Source of the DNA: Diadema antillarum
Lineage: Eukaryota
Direction: 5' to 3'
Length of the DNA: 64,000 nucleotides
Assembly (NCBI RefSeq): GCF_040938485.1
Contig: NW_027271187.1
Coordinates: 1,302,001 to 1,366,000, forward strand
Below, piece by piece: positions 38,400-50,653 of the stretch. Made by a program: the position numbers and the translations under genes. Under the pieces are notes generated by a model. It made no database searches and was not told the DNA's origin. It saw nothing but the letters and a program-made list of their open reading frames with translations. The number at the start of each line of letters is the position of its first letter. The first letter of the stretch is position 1.

Positions 38400-38610
38400 G
38401 AATCATACTAATTATTCTTGAGCAAAATTAAGTGCTCTCCAGAACTGTGCTGAAGAAGACTGCTTGGATGAAGCATGTCTGATATTCTTTGGTAAGCTGT
38501 TCTATTCAACAGCTGCGATGTGTGAGAAGGCTTGCTTTCCAGCCTTTGTTTTGGCTCTACGTACCAACAGCCCCTCCGAAACAGCAGGTCTAGTCTCATA
38601 ATTGTGAGTA
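38400..38610 (-). mobile_element. LINE ORF2 extreme C-terminus fragment
   Basis: Degenerate HNYETR...KAGKQAFS...NSLPKNIR pattern, typical of L2/CR1-group ORF2 ends. Confidence 0.45.
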
Positions 38611-39456
38611 TCACTAGCTTTTTTGAACAAGAGTGTCAGCCTAAAGTCATTTGCATTGCTAGCTGCATTGTGTTACTTTGTAGCTTTGCACTTTGTTATT
38701 GTGTTCAGGTTAGTGTTTGCATTTGTTTTCGCACTTGAGTTAACATCAATATGTCTTAATGTTGCTAGAATGTTCACTCGAGCATTAGCTTTAGTTTTAT
38801 AACTGTTGATCTGAAGTCTTATTGATCTTTGCTTCAACTTTAGTTTCCTGAAACAGAGTCATGAATTAAAACACTTCTTGAGACAGAAACCTAGAGAATA
38901 TTGTGTTTGAGCATTCTTTCCTTTCCCAGCCTTCATAGCTACAAGAGATATCTTTGTCGGAGGTTTTCACCGACAAATTTGCTATCAGCCAATCAGACAC
39001 AAGGATTTCTGTAGCTTTTAACAGTTGTCAGTGTAAATCACTGACAAAAAGTTTCATGAAACAGTCCCCAGATGATTATTGTTGTGTAATTGATACTGTG
39101 AACTGTTACTCAACACTGATTGGACTTGTACTGTCAGTCAAACTTATTCATAAGGCTGTGAGAGGAAATTCACATATACATGTACATGTAAAACTGTTTC
39201 CTTTGAACTTCACTGCTTTCAAATCAAATGTAAAGTAAGGTTGCCAAAAGCATTACTCCACAAGGGTAAGTTCAGCATTGATTAACATGTGGGGCATGAA
39301 AGGTGGGTGCATGACGAGCTGCATCCGCTTATGATAGTTGGTATCGGTTACTGAATAGTATTTTCTACCATAACTTCCCAACTTCAGACAAATATAGCAT
39401 GCCACAGGTCAGTATCAGCTGCATGATGCATCGGTCACGGCGTTCCGTCGGAGACA

Positions 39457-39647
39457 TCATGGCGGCATGGGTGATGGCGCGGGGCACGTCTGAGCGACAG
39501 TGGTCCAATCTCTGCACATGACGTCTGTGACCCACAGCCTCTCAAGGTGGAAGAATTCCACATGCTTCGGCTGATCCTGTGAGTCCACATCGCCGTGACC
39601 CAGCTGTCCATACTTGCCCCAACCCCACGTGTAGAGCCTCTTATCAT
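39457..39647 (-). CDS. RCCD1: RCC1 domain-containing protein 1, exon 6 (last)
   Basis: DKRLYTWGWGKYGQLGHGDVDSQDQPKHVEFF... to TGA. Matches the RCCD1 C-terminal RCC1 repeat. CAG acceptor, in frame. Confidence 0.9.
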
Positions 39648-40152
39648 CTGCAACAAGAAAAATGGTCAGCACACATAGAATATAGGTGCCTTAGTCAAAG
39701 TCAAAATAGCTAGAGGCAAAACTGCTCAAGAGGAAACAGGCGAAGGTGAAAGACACATTATTCTTTCTTTTTAAATCTGAATGTCATTCCTTCATCCCTA
39801 GAGATGGCTACAATTAAATCTAAGGTTAGAGGTTGCCCCACTGATCAACTGGCTCTCCCCTTAATCTGCATCACAAGGCACATACATGTATTTTATATTA
39901 GGGAGCGTTATACAGACAGTGACAGCAATGAAGACAGAATAGGTGTGCCATTGGTATCTTTCTCAAAATCTCCAGACAGAAAACAAAATCAAAAGCAGAA
40001 ATGAATACCTTTTTCCTCTTAGGATAGTATCAACAATACATTCCTAATTGTGTAAGTCTTGTTAATAAAAGCGAGATTCTTAGCATTTAACAATCTGCAG
40101 CGCATCTATCATTTAAGACAAGGAATACAAGAGCATTATTCTTGATACTCAC

Positions 40153-40371
40153 AAGTCACTGCAGCTGTGTGCCTCGACCCGCAGCTGACCTTTGACACGT
40201 TAACCCCTCCAGGCAAATCTAGAATGGCTGGAACCATCTGAAAGGTCACTCTTGATGGAGAATGGTCAGAACGAGGAGAAGAAGCCCCAGGCTCTTCCTC
40301 CACTCCGGCTTTGAGGGATAGCCCAAGCTGACCAGCCTCATTCCAACCCCAGATGTACAGGTCACCTATGT
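40153..40371 (-). CDS. RCCD1: RCCD1 exon 5
   Basis: IGDLYIWGWNEAGQLGL...PAILDLPGGVNVSKVSCGSRHTAAVT. AG/GT boundaries with consistent phases. Confidence 0.92.
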
Positions 40372-40881
40372 CTGAATACACAAACAAGAATTCTGCCTTG
40401 TTGGTCACTTTGCTTTCCAACTGACATTAGATCTGTTGTGCTTTGATACACTTATACACTACATATGTTATCTCACTTGTTTATGCACAGGCAATGTGTC
40501 CTTATCATACACATATAAACACACATCTTTGAAGCTTAGAATAATGAGTTTAGTATCTTAATGCAATGTTGTTACCTTGTAGAGAGTTCTCACAACAACA
40601 ATAAAACCAAACAAATTGCTCATATTTACATGATGATGCACTGATGTACTGGGTATCAAATTCAACTACACCTATACTCTTTACAAAGTAGATAATTGCA
40701 ATAAGGAAAATGACATTGTGACGGAGAGAAAAGCCTGATATACACATTTGTCATTTATTTATATCAGCATCCAGCTGAAAAAATGAGCAAAAACAGACAA
40801 GCATAAATTTGATACACAGGGACTGCAAGGACTACAGAAGAAGGTTGTTATATCATCATCAATAGAAAATGCCACATGGTA

Positions 40882-41121
40882 CTGTATATGCCATATATTT
40901 CGCGAGTCTAAATTTTCGCGAATTGGGAATCCCCGACGATTTCGTGAGTGGTTAAATTCGCGATCGTGGAGTCCTGTACTGAAAGGAGAAATGGACATGC
41001 GTTAGTCACATCCATATTGGGATCAGAGTCAATATTTTCACGTGTCTTTAATTTTGCGAATAGCACCTGACTCGCGAAATTCGCGAAAATAAAAACCTCA
41101 CGAAATATTCGGCATATACAG
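40882..41121. mobile_element. TA-flanked MITE rich in TTCGCGA (family also at 41124-41653, 49289-49534, 51052-51245)
   Basis: TA|CTGTA...TACAG|TA termini and internal TTTTCGCGA repeats. The first two copies abut and share one TA. Confidence 0.75.
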
Positions 41122-41832
41122 TACTGTATACGCTATAATTTTCACATACATAAATTTTCGCGAATTACCGCTGTCACACATTTTCGCGAGTGGTTAAATT
41201 CACGATTGGGGGACCAGAGAAAATATGAAGTGGCAAAGAAAGCGTGAATTTTCAACTTACTAGCAAATAAGAATGATACTAGTTATACACTGCATGAACA
41301 AAACTTACCATACTCTGCTAACTAGTAAGTTAGAATTCAACATTTTTGAAGTGGTTAAGTCCATCGCGCTAGATTTCTGACGAGTGGTCCTCTTGCGATA
41401 ATGGATTGGCTCTCTACAGTATTCGTAAGTAGACGTGGACGTGCTATATGTTCGTAAACAAGCTTAGCCAGTACAGTATATGGTCTGTTCGGTAAGCCAT
41501 GACATGGTATACTACTACTGAAATTTTCGTATCATCAAGGCAAGGGATTAATTTTGGAAGGTAATATTTTCGCGTGTTGTTAAATTCGCGAATAGCTCCC
41601 GACTCGCGAAATTCGCGAAAATAAAACCCCCGCGAAATATATAGCGTATACAGTATATCACCACCAATAAAGCGCTTTATGGAGTCTGAAAAAATAGAAG
41701 GAAACGTATAAACCTGAGGCAGTTCCATTCAAAACAGACATACTGCTGATGATAGCTGTATAGCACTAGTTACACTGCCCTGCCCCTCCTTACAAGCATC
41801 TCTTGTCATCTGTTCTTGCCTGGTGAACTTAC

Positions 41833-41954
41833 CACTGATGCAGGCTGAATGCCATCCTCCCGCACTGACCGATGTCACACCCACACAGCCTAGGGCCTCA
41901 ATGAGTCTGGGTTCTCTCTCACTGTCCGTGTCACCATGCCCTAACTGACCCCGG
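41833..41954 (-). CDS. RCCD1: RCCD1 exon 4
   Basis: RGQLGHGDTDSEREPRLIEALGCVGVTSVSAGGWHSACIS. AG/GT boundaries with consistent phases. Confidence 0.92.
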
Positions 41955-42529
41955 CTGAAATTGACCAAAGACATAATACAAATGATATTACCAAGGACTC
42001 TAGTATGCCTCACTACCACAGAAAAAAGTCTGTCCACAATGAGTACTCTGTACTGGACAACGGATATCACTTTTGAGAGTAAAGACAAGAAAATTAAACT
42101 ATTTAAAACCCAACTATCTATACTTCCTACTTGAGATGGAACTCTCGCACACTCAAATTTGTTTAATAAAGAACAATACGTGTATATCCCAGGCAGAAGT
42201 AATTTCTTGTTGTGGCAGATATGGTGTATTCAGGCAGGTATCATCACAACAAACATGATTGTTTACTTATACTGGCACTAAAACTGGTCACATGTATATC
42301 TTGATAACCTTATTGGAACTCAACACCAGAGGGCAGCATTTCACATTGTGCTGTGTACAACAGTTGAATAAGTAGGCCCTATAATTTGACAATCATAAAT
42401 CTATCATATATACCAACAAAAGTAGGCCTATATAAATAGCATGATCATAATATGTGGCAATAGTCAATAAAGAACGTGGCAGACTTGAACTGACTGGGTG
42501 ATGATTGACCGAGTGACTACCTGACCTAC

Positions 42530-42689
42530 CTACCCAAGCCGAGGGAGTAGACCAAGCCCTGATCGACCAGGAGCAGACCATGCTCCTTGCCACAGGAAAT
42601 CGCTCTAACTGAAAGGGGATGCGAGAAGCGATGGACGACAAACTCATCTTCCTCTGATCTCACTATCCTGCCTGCCTGACGATCTGGAT
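42530..42689 (-). CDS. RCCD1: RCCD1 exon 3
   Basis: ...SVRAISCGKEHGLLLVDQGLVYSLGLG. TAG acceptor and GTAGG donor with consistent phases. Confidence 0.88.
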
Positions 42690-43126
42690 CTACAGAAGGA
42701 GAGAGAAAAAAAGAAGGCACACTGATGATTGACAGATTCCTTCCATCTTATGGGCAAACAAAATCTTGATGGCATCAAAAATTGCATATCAAAGAGAATG
42801 ATATACAGGGCAAAGTTATTCCCCCCCCCCAAAAAAAAAAAAGACAAAAAAAGAAGAAGAAGAAAGAGAGAGAAAGAGAGACATACAACACAGAATATGA
42901 ATATTTAACAGGCATTACAATGCACCATGACACCAATATACCTGAGACTAAGACTTCATAAGAAATAACAACGGTACTGTCTAGAATAATGAACTTGAAT
43001 TCATCGCTATTTACCAACATCCTCTTTATTCATTGCAACTGATTGACAAATTGCCCTACATCGACGTAAATAAGCACTGAATTGATCAGTGTTTTAGTAG
43101 TAGCCATGATAAAAAATCATGGGCGT

Positions 43127-43203
43127 ACATACTCGAGCAGGATTCGAACCTACGACCTCCTGATCACCGGACAGGCGTCATCTCCACTAGACCACCGAGC
43201 TTT
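43127..43203 (-). mobile_element. tRNA-derived SINE-like segment
   Basis: Minus strand GCTCGGTGGTCTAGTGG (A box) ... GGTTCGAATCC (B box). Imperfect cloverleaf embedded in repeat sequence. Confidence 0.65.
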
Positions 43204-43633
43204 CGCCCGACAGCAAGTGTTGGTTCTAATCCTTATAGCATGCAGCGGGTACTGCTTTGTTATTTAAATTCATGAAATTCTTCCGTCGAGATGTTTTCAT
43301 TGCAACTGATTGACAAATTGCCCGACACCGTCGAGATGTTTTCATTGCAACTGATTGACAAATTGCCCTACATTCCGATAATTACAAGCATCATTGTCAG
43401 CATCTCTAGTAATTTACATCAATAATGATGTCCAGTTGACACCTACCTGCAATTAAAGCCTTCGACATGATTTCCTCTTTGTGGGAAATACAAAATACGC
43501 TACTCTGTAATTTGAAGTACTAACATACCAATGGTATATAAACAGTCAAAAGGTTTCAGATATTCCAAGCTGTATTTTTATTCATTTTTTTGTTTGTACT
43601 AAACCACTTTTTTCATAATATGTACACTATGTA

Positions 43634-43818
43634 CAGTCAAACCTGCCAATAGTGCCATAGGGACCACCTGTCTATAGTGGCCACCTGCCATATACAACCA
43701 CTGAACTTAATTCCCCCAATAGAAAAGTCACATTAAAGACCCTGTCTATAGTGGCCACCTGCTGCAATGGCCACTCTTTTCGTCTCCCTTGGGTGGTCAC
43801 TATAGACAGGTTTGACTG
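43634..43818. mobile_element. Tc1/mariner-type MITE in RCCD1 intron 2
   Basis: TA|CAGTCAAACCTG...CAGGTTTGACTG|TA, with internal GTGGCCACCTG repeats. Confidence 0.8.
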
Positions 43819-43842
43819 TATCTAAACAAAGCAAACACCTAC

Positions 43843-44256
43843 CAAGAGCACATAAAACCAGTGAGTCACCACAGGCCAAATGCCTGAATCCTGTCTTCTT
43901 ATCACTGGTCTGAGAAAGATCGTGTTCAGAGCAAGGTACTGCAGGTGGGGTGGAAGAACCTACACCTAGGGCCACCTGCCCAACTGCCGCTATACCCTCC
44001 TCATCAGCAATCCTGTGGGACTGTGAGTGTAAACTATCCCGTCCTGCTGTTCTGACTTCATTATAGACTGAAACCTTCTTTGGTCTTGCTCCCGTGGCAT
44101 CAGATAGTTCCAGGACATAGCAGTCATCGTGCCGATTGATGCAAAACAGGCGGTCCTCACAAAGACACAAATATCTGGACGGAGAAACATCTTTCCAGGA
44201 AGAAAGTTCAAGTAGAGAATCCTTTTGTCCGAACAAGCACCCCAGCACTAAGCCCC
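43843..44256 (-). CDS. RCCD1: RCCD1 exon 2
   Basis: Open 414-nt segment ending RHLACGDSLVLCAL. CAG acceptor and GTAGG donor; phase 1/1 fits both neighbours. Confidence 0.75.
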
Positions 44257-44950
44257 CTGAAGAAGAGAAAACAATAATAGGGTATTCATGCTTAAAGTAA
44301 CTCATGTTGTACCAACATTGCATCTATACAATACATAGTATTCAGTAAATTTACTGTTGCAAATAAAAACATTAGTATCTGTTCCCTCGTAATTTTGTGC
44401 AGCTCAAAATTACCATTACGTATAACTTCTTAAAAGATAGTGGTCCGTGAAATTCTCTCAATACATATTACCAGGTAAGTTAAAAGAAAACAGGTTCATG
44501 TATACCTCTTAACAGAGGCAAACTATTTAGAAACCTTGTCACTACCACTGCTAAAGTTAGAGTCGGGCCGGCCAGTTTATACTACTAGTTACTACTCTGT
44601 ACTCAGTCAACTGGGTTATCTGAGGTTCATGTATGATGTACATATATGTATGTATCTACATATTTTCAAGTCTATTGATTAATTTTTATGATTAACATAT
44701 ATTGTAGGAAAAAAACATGTGGAATCAAAATTAATTCTTTAATAAAGAGTTGGCATAATCATATATCTTTTTTTTCAAAATGATAAATGCCAAATAAATC
44801 CCAAACAACAAAAAACAATTTACATTTTGTTTGTATCATTTCAGAGTGTTTATAAGCTATTCTTGACTAGGGATGCTGGAGTAACTTACTGCCTTGAGCT
44901 GGGGGTAATTCACAGATTTCTTTTATTTGGAAGATGTTTGGCTTGCTTAC

Positions 44951-45311
44951 CATTTAAACCAAGGGCAACTGCATTCCATTTCAAACTAGCAATGACGTCA
45001 TGTAATGAAGGATCACCGTTTAATGTTCTCGTTGCACGTCCCTCCTCACATTCATTTAGCTGTAATTTCCTTGCACCAGATTCAGCAGCGCATCCACCAC
45101 CTAGGCCACAATCACCATCAGTGGAAGGCTGATGAAGGGTGGATGGGGTGGTGGTAACTTCTTCATCGCTTTGCAAGACATTGCATTCTTTACGTTTTAC
45201 TTCTGAGAAGTTTAGCTTCTGTGGGTGTGTAATTATATTTTGCTTATTCGAGGAATCTGCCTGTAATAATTGACCAAACCTATTATATCCAAATCCGAAA
45301 ATTACATTCAT
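44951..45311 (-). CDS. RCCD1: RCCD1 exon 1 (coding start)
   Basis: MNVIFGFGYNRFGQL (RCC1-like start), donor G|GTAAG. All six exons sum to 1467 nt (488 aa plus stop). Confidence 0.75.
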
Positions 45312-47059
45312 GGTTGCTAGCAGTAGCATTCTCAGCAAATTACACACTTCGAAATTTATAGCAGACACATGTCAGTATGCCAATGCAATGGTACACAGCT
45401 TCTCGGGTGTGGATTGAAATTGAGACAGAATATGTAAAGAACTGTTTTTCCTGAACACAGGGTCCGAGCAGCAACTATTTAGTCATCAACACCTTGCTTG
45501 ATGTTCAGCAGCTTGAAGTTACTTCCCAGTGCAGTAGAACTAGTACTAGAAGATAGATCTTCAGGTCGAGGTCATGAAGAAGTATGCAAAAGCTCGTGTC
45601 GAGCCGAGGAGAACAACATCCTGCATGTACACTCCAAACTAGCAAGTGGAAGTCGACACAGGACTTAGGATAGGAGATATTCGTGTAGGCGTAGCCGTAG
45701 ATACTACCATACCAAGGTCAGCAAGTGGTCAGGGAGGTGGGATAAACAAAGGTTTGCCTGCCCGAGCTCCCCGAGCACGACTTGTTTGCGTCCCGAGCTG
45801 GCCGAGCGACGTACAGCTGCTAGCTGTGAGCTGCACCGTGCACGGGCCTGACCCGGGGGCGCACCGGCTTCTGAGAACGCTGGAGCTGGATTCACGTGCA
45901 CACTTTTCCCTGTTTTCAGGAAGGGAAAACGAAAGAAAACGCAAAGATTCACGGCTAAAGAGTTGAATTCCAAAATGCACATCTAAACCATTAGACGGAC
46001 GATATGGAGGAAGGTGATGAGGGGACTAACTATTGTAGTACAATATAGTAACGTTAATCATTCCACGGTTCGAGGTTCGAATCACCTAGCACCTGCAATT
46101 CGGAAACTCACAGATATTACGTAACTACGTGTACTGCACAACGTGCAGGCAAAGAGATCGAGACCGCTCGACGAACCCATTCCTAATTCCTATGACAACG
46201 CGACACCGTATTCATTAGAGTCGCCCTAACATTCGCCCAACGAGATTGTTTGCATGCGCCACAGAATAGCGTGTCACCCTGTCCCCATATAAGATACAGG
46301 CATGCAGATGTCTTCTTTCATTCTTTTAAAACACCATCATTGTTGCATTTATCCTTTTGATGATGTCCTGGTTTAATGGAATTATGAAATTATTGCATAA
46401 TAATGGCAGTAAGTTTGAAAATCAAGTCACCTATATACAAGATAATTATTGTAATATAAATAGTTATTGATAAATGTTAATGCTCAAGACTCAAGAAGAG
46501 ATGTTCATTATATACCCATCTTGATTTTAATCATTGTTATTTAAAGGACAAGTTCACCCAAATATAATGTGGATTGAGTGGATGCAGCAATGTAAATTGA
46601 ACACATCGATGACAATGTTGAGGAAAATTGCACAATCCATTCAAATTTTACAAATTTAAGTTTTTGGGCATGCAGCATTGCAGGATAAGTCTATATTTTT
46701 TAATGTCAATACAAAGAACAAAATAAAGAAAACTCAAAATAACTATATTCACTTTTTCACCATAACAAAACAGCACTTGATTTGCCTCTTTAAAAGGGGC
46801 CGGGGATAACTGAGTTCATGTCTCTAAACAAGTCAAATAACTTTGCGTTCAAGCCCATATTGTATGCCACTCAGTAGACGTGACTTCAGTCCTTTAGAAC
46901 CGGGTAATGGAAACGCATCAGTTCACTTTAAACCTATTAAGAACTGCACCTTGTGACAATTTAATATATATTGAATCATATTGAATCATATAGGTTAGTG
47001 ACTTGCGGTAGCATTTCTTCACAAACAAAACTGAAAGTCATAATGGAAATAGTAACTAA

Positions 47060-47364
47060 CAGGCCCGTAACTGAGGGGGGGGGGGGGGGGGTTCAGGTTC
47101 AGGGGGTTCTGCAGACCCCCTTCCCCCCTGTTTGCCAGTAACCAAAAAAAGATAAAAGAAAAAAAAATGAGTCGTGGAACCCCGCTTGAAAAAAAAAAAA
47201 ATGAAAGGGGGCTTGTAGTGGCACCCCAGTTGCGGTGATGCCTTTTTCTTTTTCTTTTTTTTTTTTGTTGCTTGTCAGCTGATTAAATCCAGAAGTGGTC
47301 CACTTTTATAATTATGACCCCCCCCCCAAAAAAAAAAAAAAAAAAAATCCTAGTTACGGGCCTG
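47060..47364. mobile_element. MITE with poly-G/poly-A tracts
   Basis: Perfect 13-bp TIR CAGGCCCGTAACT / AGTTACGGGCCTG. No convincing TSD. Confidence 0.6.
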
Positions 47365-47707
47365 ATTAGAAAAGGAACGAATTGGCATGGAAACATTACT
47401 ACGTGTAATACTAAAAGTATATCAGCGCGACGTGGTATGGTGATGGTGCCGAAAGACCAGCTTAAAAAGCAGTATTTTATATGTCGACTTGTCTGGTACT
47501 TTATTCACATACATTGTATACATGTAGCGCGTTGCACACTCGCTGTCGACGGAACGCATGCTGCTCACCGGGTAGTCTACAGCTGAACTACTCACGTAAT
47601 CGTGCCTAACAATCAACATACAAGGAGGTTTGGCACCATAAGAGCAGTAGATTGCCTTACTTGGTTGATTCTTTTTCCTTCCAGTAGCATAGTTGCTCTC
47701 AAACAGA

Positions 47708-47946
47708 ATGCTAAATTCAGTGAAAACTTCGCTACGGCATGCCGGAGCTGTCGAGCGTCTGTGGGCACCAGTCAACGCAGGAACGTCGATACAGCTACAA
47801 CAGATTCGGTGGAGAAAACGGCGGACAGATCCCAAGGCTAAATCAAAGGAGGGAAGGGTGAGGGAACCTACACCGAGGGATCCATGGGAGCAAGCTTTCT
47901 TCAGTGAGAAACTGCCTCACTACAAGACAACTCTGAGATCTATCCG
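47708..47946 (+). CDS. MRPS26: Mitochondrial ribosomal protein S26 (mS26), exon 1
   Basis: Basic presequence-like N-terminus, then IRWRKRRTDPKAKSKEGRVREP, the conserved mS26 RK..DP.AKSK motif. Donor CG|GTAAT. Confidence 0.88.
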
Positions 47947-48076
47947 GTAATCTATTACCCCCCCCCCCCCCCCCCATTATCTAAAGACGAAAGTTCTATG
48001 GTAACTTGTTAGAGTTAACCACAAATCACAATGCATGGATCAAGGGAAATGTTACAGTGTAGTTTATTTCCTCATG

Positions 48077-48203
48077 TTGACCGAAAGATCGGTCTGTATC
48101 TGGTCATCGGGGATATGTTCTGCGGAGACTGCGTCTGGCTTCACGGATCCCCTCATACTCATGTCATAAAAGACTCCTCTGGACAGACGGATCTTTCTGT
48201 CTA
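48077..48203. mobile_element. Same MULE family, 127-bp internally deleted copy in MRPS26 intron 1
   Basis: Same termini as 32747-33508. 9-bp TSD TTCCTCATG/CTCCTCATG (8/9). Confidence 0.85.
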
Positions 48204-48768
48204 CTCCTCATGTTGCCATGTTGTCTGTCTGTAGTAACTTTTACCTCAACTTCTCGTTCCTTTTCAGATAGTGTACTAGCAGTTATGACAAAACACGAGC
48301 TTGAACACTCAAAACAGTAACACAAGCACAGAAGCAGTCAGTAGTTCATGAGTTAGATTTAGTCGACAAATTTAGAGATTGAAAATTGAATTGATTTTAT
48401 TACATTTGAGATTCACTGTAGAATCTAATAATAAATGGAACTAGAGCTAGAGCAAGCCGGCCATTATTCAACTGTAAACGCCTTCCAAGGCTTGTCATTT
48501 GAAACCTCTATGGCGGCTATGCTTTTCCACACGGCCGAATTTTGACATGGGAGGTTGAACCTTGGTGCGTTTTTTTTTTTTTTTTTTTGCTTCTAGTTCT
48601 AAGCTACTCCTTGGGATCGCTGGATTGTGCACCAAGTCTCATGTCATCATTGATTGATAAATTATATCTTTTGATATCATTACCAAATTTGCCTGCCTGG
48701 TATTCCTGGTAAAGTGGTAATATCATAATGAATGTTTCTGTATTCAGATATCTCTGCCAGTAGTTGCA

Positions 48769-48951
48769 CAGTGCACTCCTGTTATAACAAACACTTATAA
48801 CGAAATTCTGGTCACAACAAAGTAAAAATTCAGGCCGCAACATTACCAGCTCTTTCTTTTTTATAGTTTGTTTGTTCGGTTATAACGGAATTTCGATATA
48901 ACGAAAGAAAACTGCCGGTCCCGAGGACTTCATTATAACGGGAGTCCACTG
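48769..48951. mobile_element. Tc1/mariner-type MITE (family also at 52356-52547, 53801-53986, 60107-60283)
   Basis: CAGTG(C/G)ACTCCC..TTATAAC termini, shared internal GGGACCGGCA...TTCGTTATA segment, TA flanks on most copies. Confidence 0.8.
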
Positions 48952-49767
48952 TACATGTAGTTGTGGTTCTGACATGTACTGATGTAGCAACGCTCTGCTT
49001 TAGAAAATGAAATGCAGTCTCCATATTTCTCCTGAGCCATTACTACAATTCAGGTACATTGTTGTGTCATCAATCAGTTACAGATAGATGATGTGTACAC
49101 TTGTATGTCACAATGGTCAGTGTAATCAAGGTTGCTGCGGTTTGCAGTTGTACTTGTATAACTCGTAGTTGTATACATACACAAACACGCACACGCACAC
49201 GCACACACACAAATGTACTGATAATTTTGAGTATGGTATTATGTCACAATCCTGAAATCTGTGTGAGGTAATGATTTCTAAACAAGTACTGTATGCAATA
49301 TGCTGAATATTTCGCAACGTTTTTATTTTTGCGAATTTCTTGAGTCAGGTGCTATTCGCGAAATTAAAGACACACAAAAATATTGATTCTGATCTTGATG
49401 TGAATGTGATGTACGTGTATACATGTCTTCTCCATTCAGTACAGGACTCCACGATCACGAATTTAACCACTCCCGAAATCATCGGGAATTCCCAATTCGC
49501 GAAAATTTAGACTTGCAAAATATGGCGTATACAGTGACAGATAAGTGCTTGGCTGAAGGGGTGCAATTATCTGACATCCGGAATCAATGACTATCAACCA
49601 TGGTGCATCTACAGGGTACATCTTTGTGATTATTGACTGTGAAATATTCAATTGATTTGTGATGTCATTTACTGTATATCATTTATGTTATTCATAACTG
49701 TCTGCCTATCAAAAATTTTCCCCAAAAACTTTGCTTTCAAACATTTCCTTTGGGTTTTCTCCGTCAG

Positions 49768-49914
49768 ACGAATGTTTGCTGAAGAATTGCATAGGAAGAA
49801 GGGAGAAACAGCTGAAGGGCTGTCAAGCGAACAGGTAGAGAGGGAGGAGGAAGAAGAATTCAGGAATATACTCCTTTGGAATGAAGAAGAGAATGCAAGG
49901 ATTGCAGCAAAAAG
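49768..49914 (+). CDS. MRPS26: MRPS26 exon 2
   Basis: RMFAEE...ILLWNEEENARIAAKR (mS26 WN..EN.R motif). Phase 2/2. Confidence 0.88.
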
Positions 49915-49957
49915 GTAAATTTAGTGAAGAGTTTTGTTTGTTTGTTTGTGTTTGTCT

Positions 49958-50055
49958 GTAAACCCTTTAAAGACTAGTCCCGAGTATACTCGGGCAGGTG
50001 TCTATGGGATATGCGTATTTTATATAGCAAATCAGCCCATCCTAAATGGGGTAAT
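49958..50055. mobile_element. Short piggyBac-like repeat (second copy at about 52981-53074)
   Basis: Shared core GTCCCGAGTATACTCGGGCAGGTGTCTATGGGA...AAATCAG. Degenerate (T)TAACCC...GGTTAA ends. Confidence 0.55.
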
Positions 50056-50529
50056 GGTCTCCTTGGTCAATTGTGTGAAAGGTTTTGTTTCCATTCACTG
50101 TTACAATTAAATTCTGAAACTGATGGTGATGCATGTGTGCAATATTAAAGCATTGATATCACAGGAAATGTGTATGAGTATTTGATGTAACTCAATATTA
50201 GTTGGTATGCATCGCTTTTATGGACTTTTGAATAATCGCACATGTATTTGGCTAAATGTGGTGAAAGTTAGTATGGTATACCCATTGAGCTACCATGCTC
50301 CATGGTATACCGTACATAAAAGATGTCTGCATTGCATGCAGTTTTTTTATTTCAAGGCATAACTTCTGGCTCACTGCTACCGGTAGTTCTCCAATGTCCT
50401 CTAGTTCATGCATGACTTGGCACCAGTTTTCATGTCTCAAGGGTAGCACATTTTACCTCAATTCATATCATATACTGATTCAATATTGCCATTTTGCCCC
50501 CCCCCCCCCCCACCTCCTTGTGATTGTAG

Positions 50530-50653
50530 AACTGAGAAGCTTGCAGCAAAGGCCAGATTGATAGAAGAAGAAAATCTACAGAGGCTGCTTGAGAAGGAAA
50601 GAAAGGAAGCTGAAGAGGTGGAAAGGTTGACAGAACTGGTCCAACGTGAAAAG
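50530..50653 (+). CDS. MRPS26: MRPS26 exon 3
   Basis: TEKLAAKARLIEEENLQRLLEKERKEAEEVERLTELVQREK, a charged helix. TAG acceptor and GTATGG donor. Confidence 0.85.

Noticed and set aside
43127-43203. Functional tRNA gene
   Set aside because: The stems are imperfect, the apparent GGT anticodon is atypical for eukaryotes, and it is embedded in repeat sequence, so it is treated as SINE-derived.
45646-45982. GC-rich ORFs upstream of RCCD1 as a separate gene
   Set aside because: Three overlapping short frames with no recognisable domain; more likely RCCD1 5' UTR/promoter or a repeat.
46060-46095. Pol III B-box (GGTTCGAATC) as an RNA gene
   Set aside because: No A box or cloverleaf was found.
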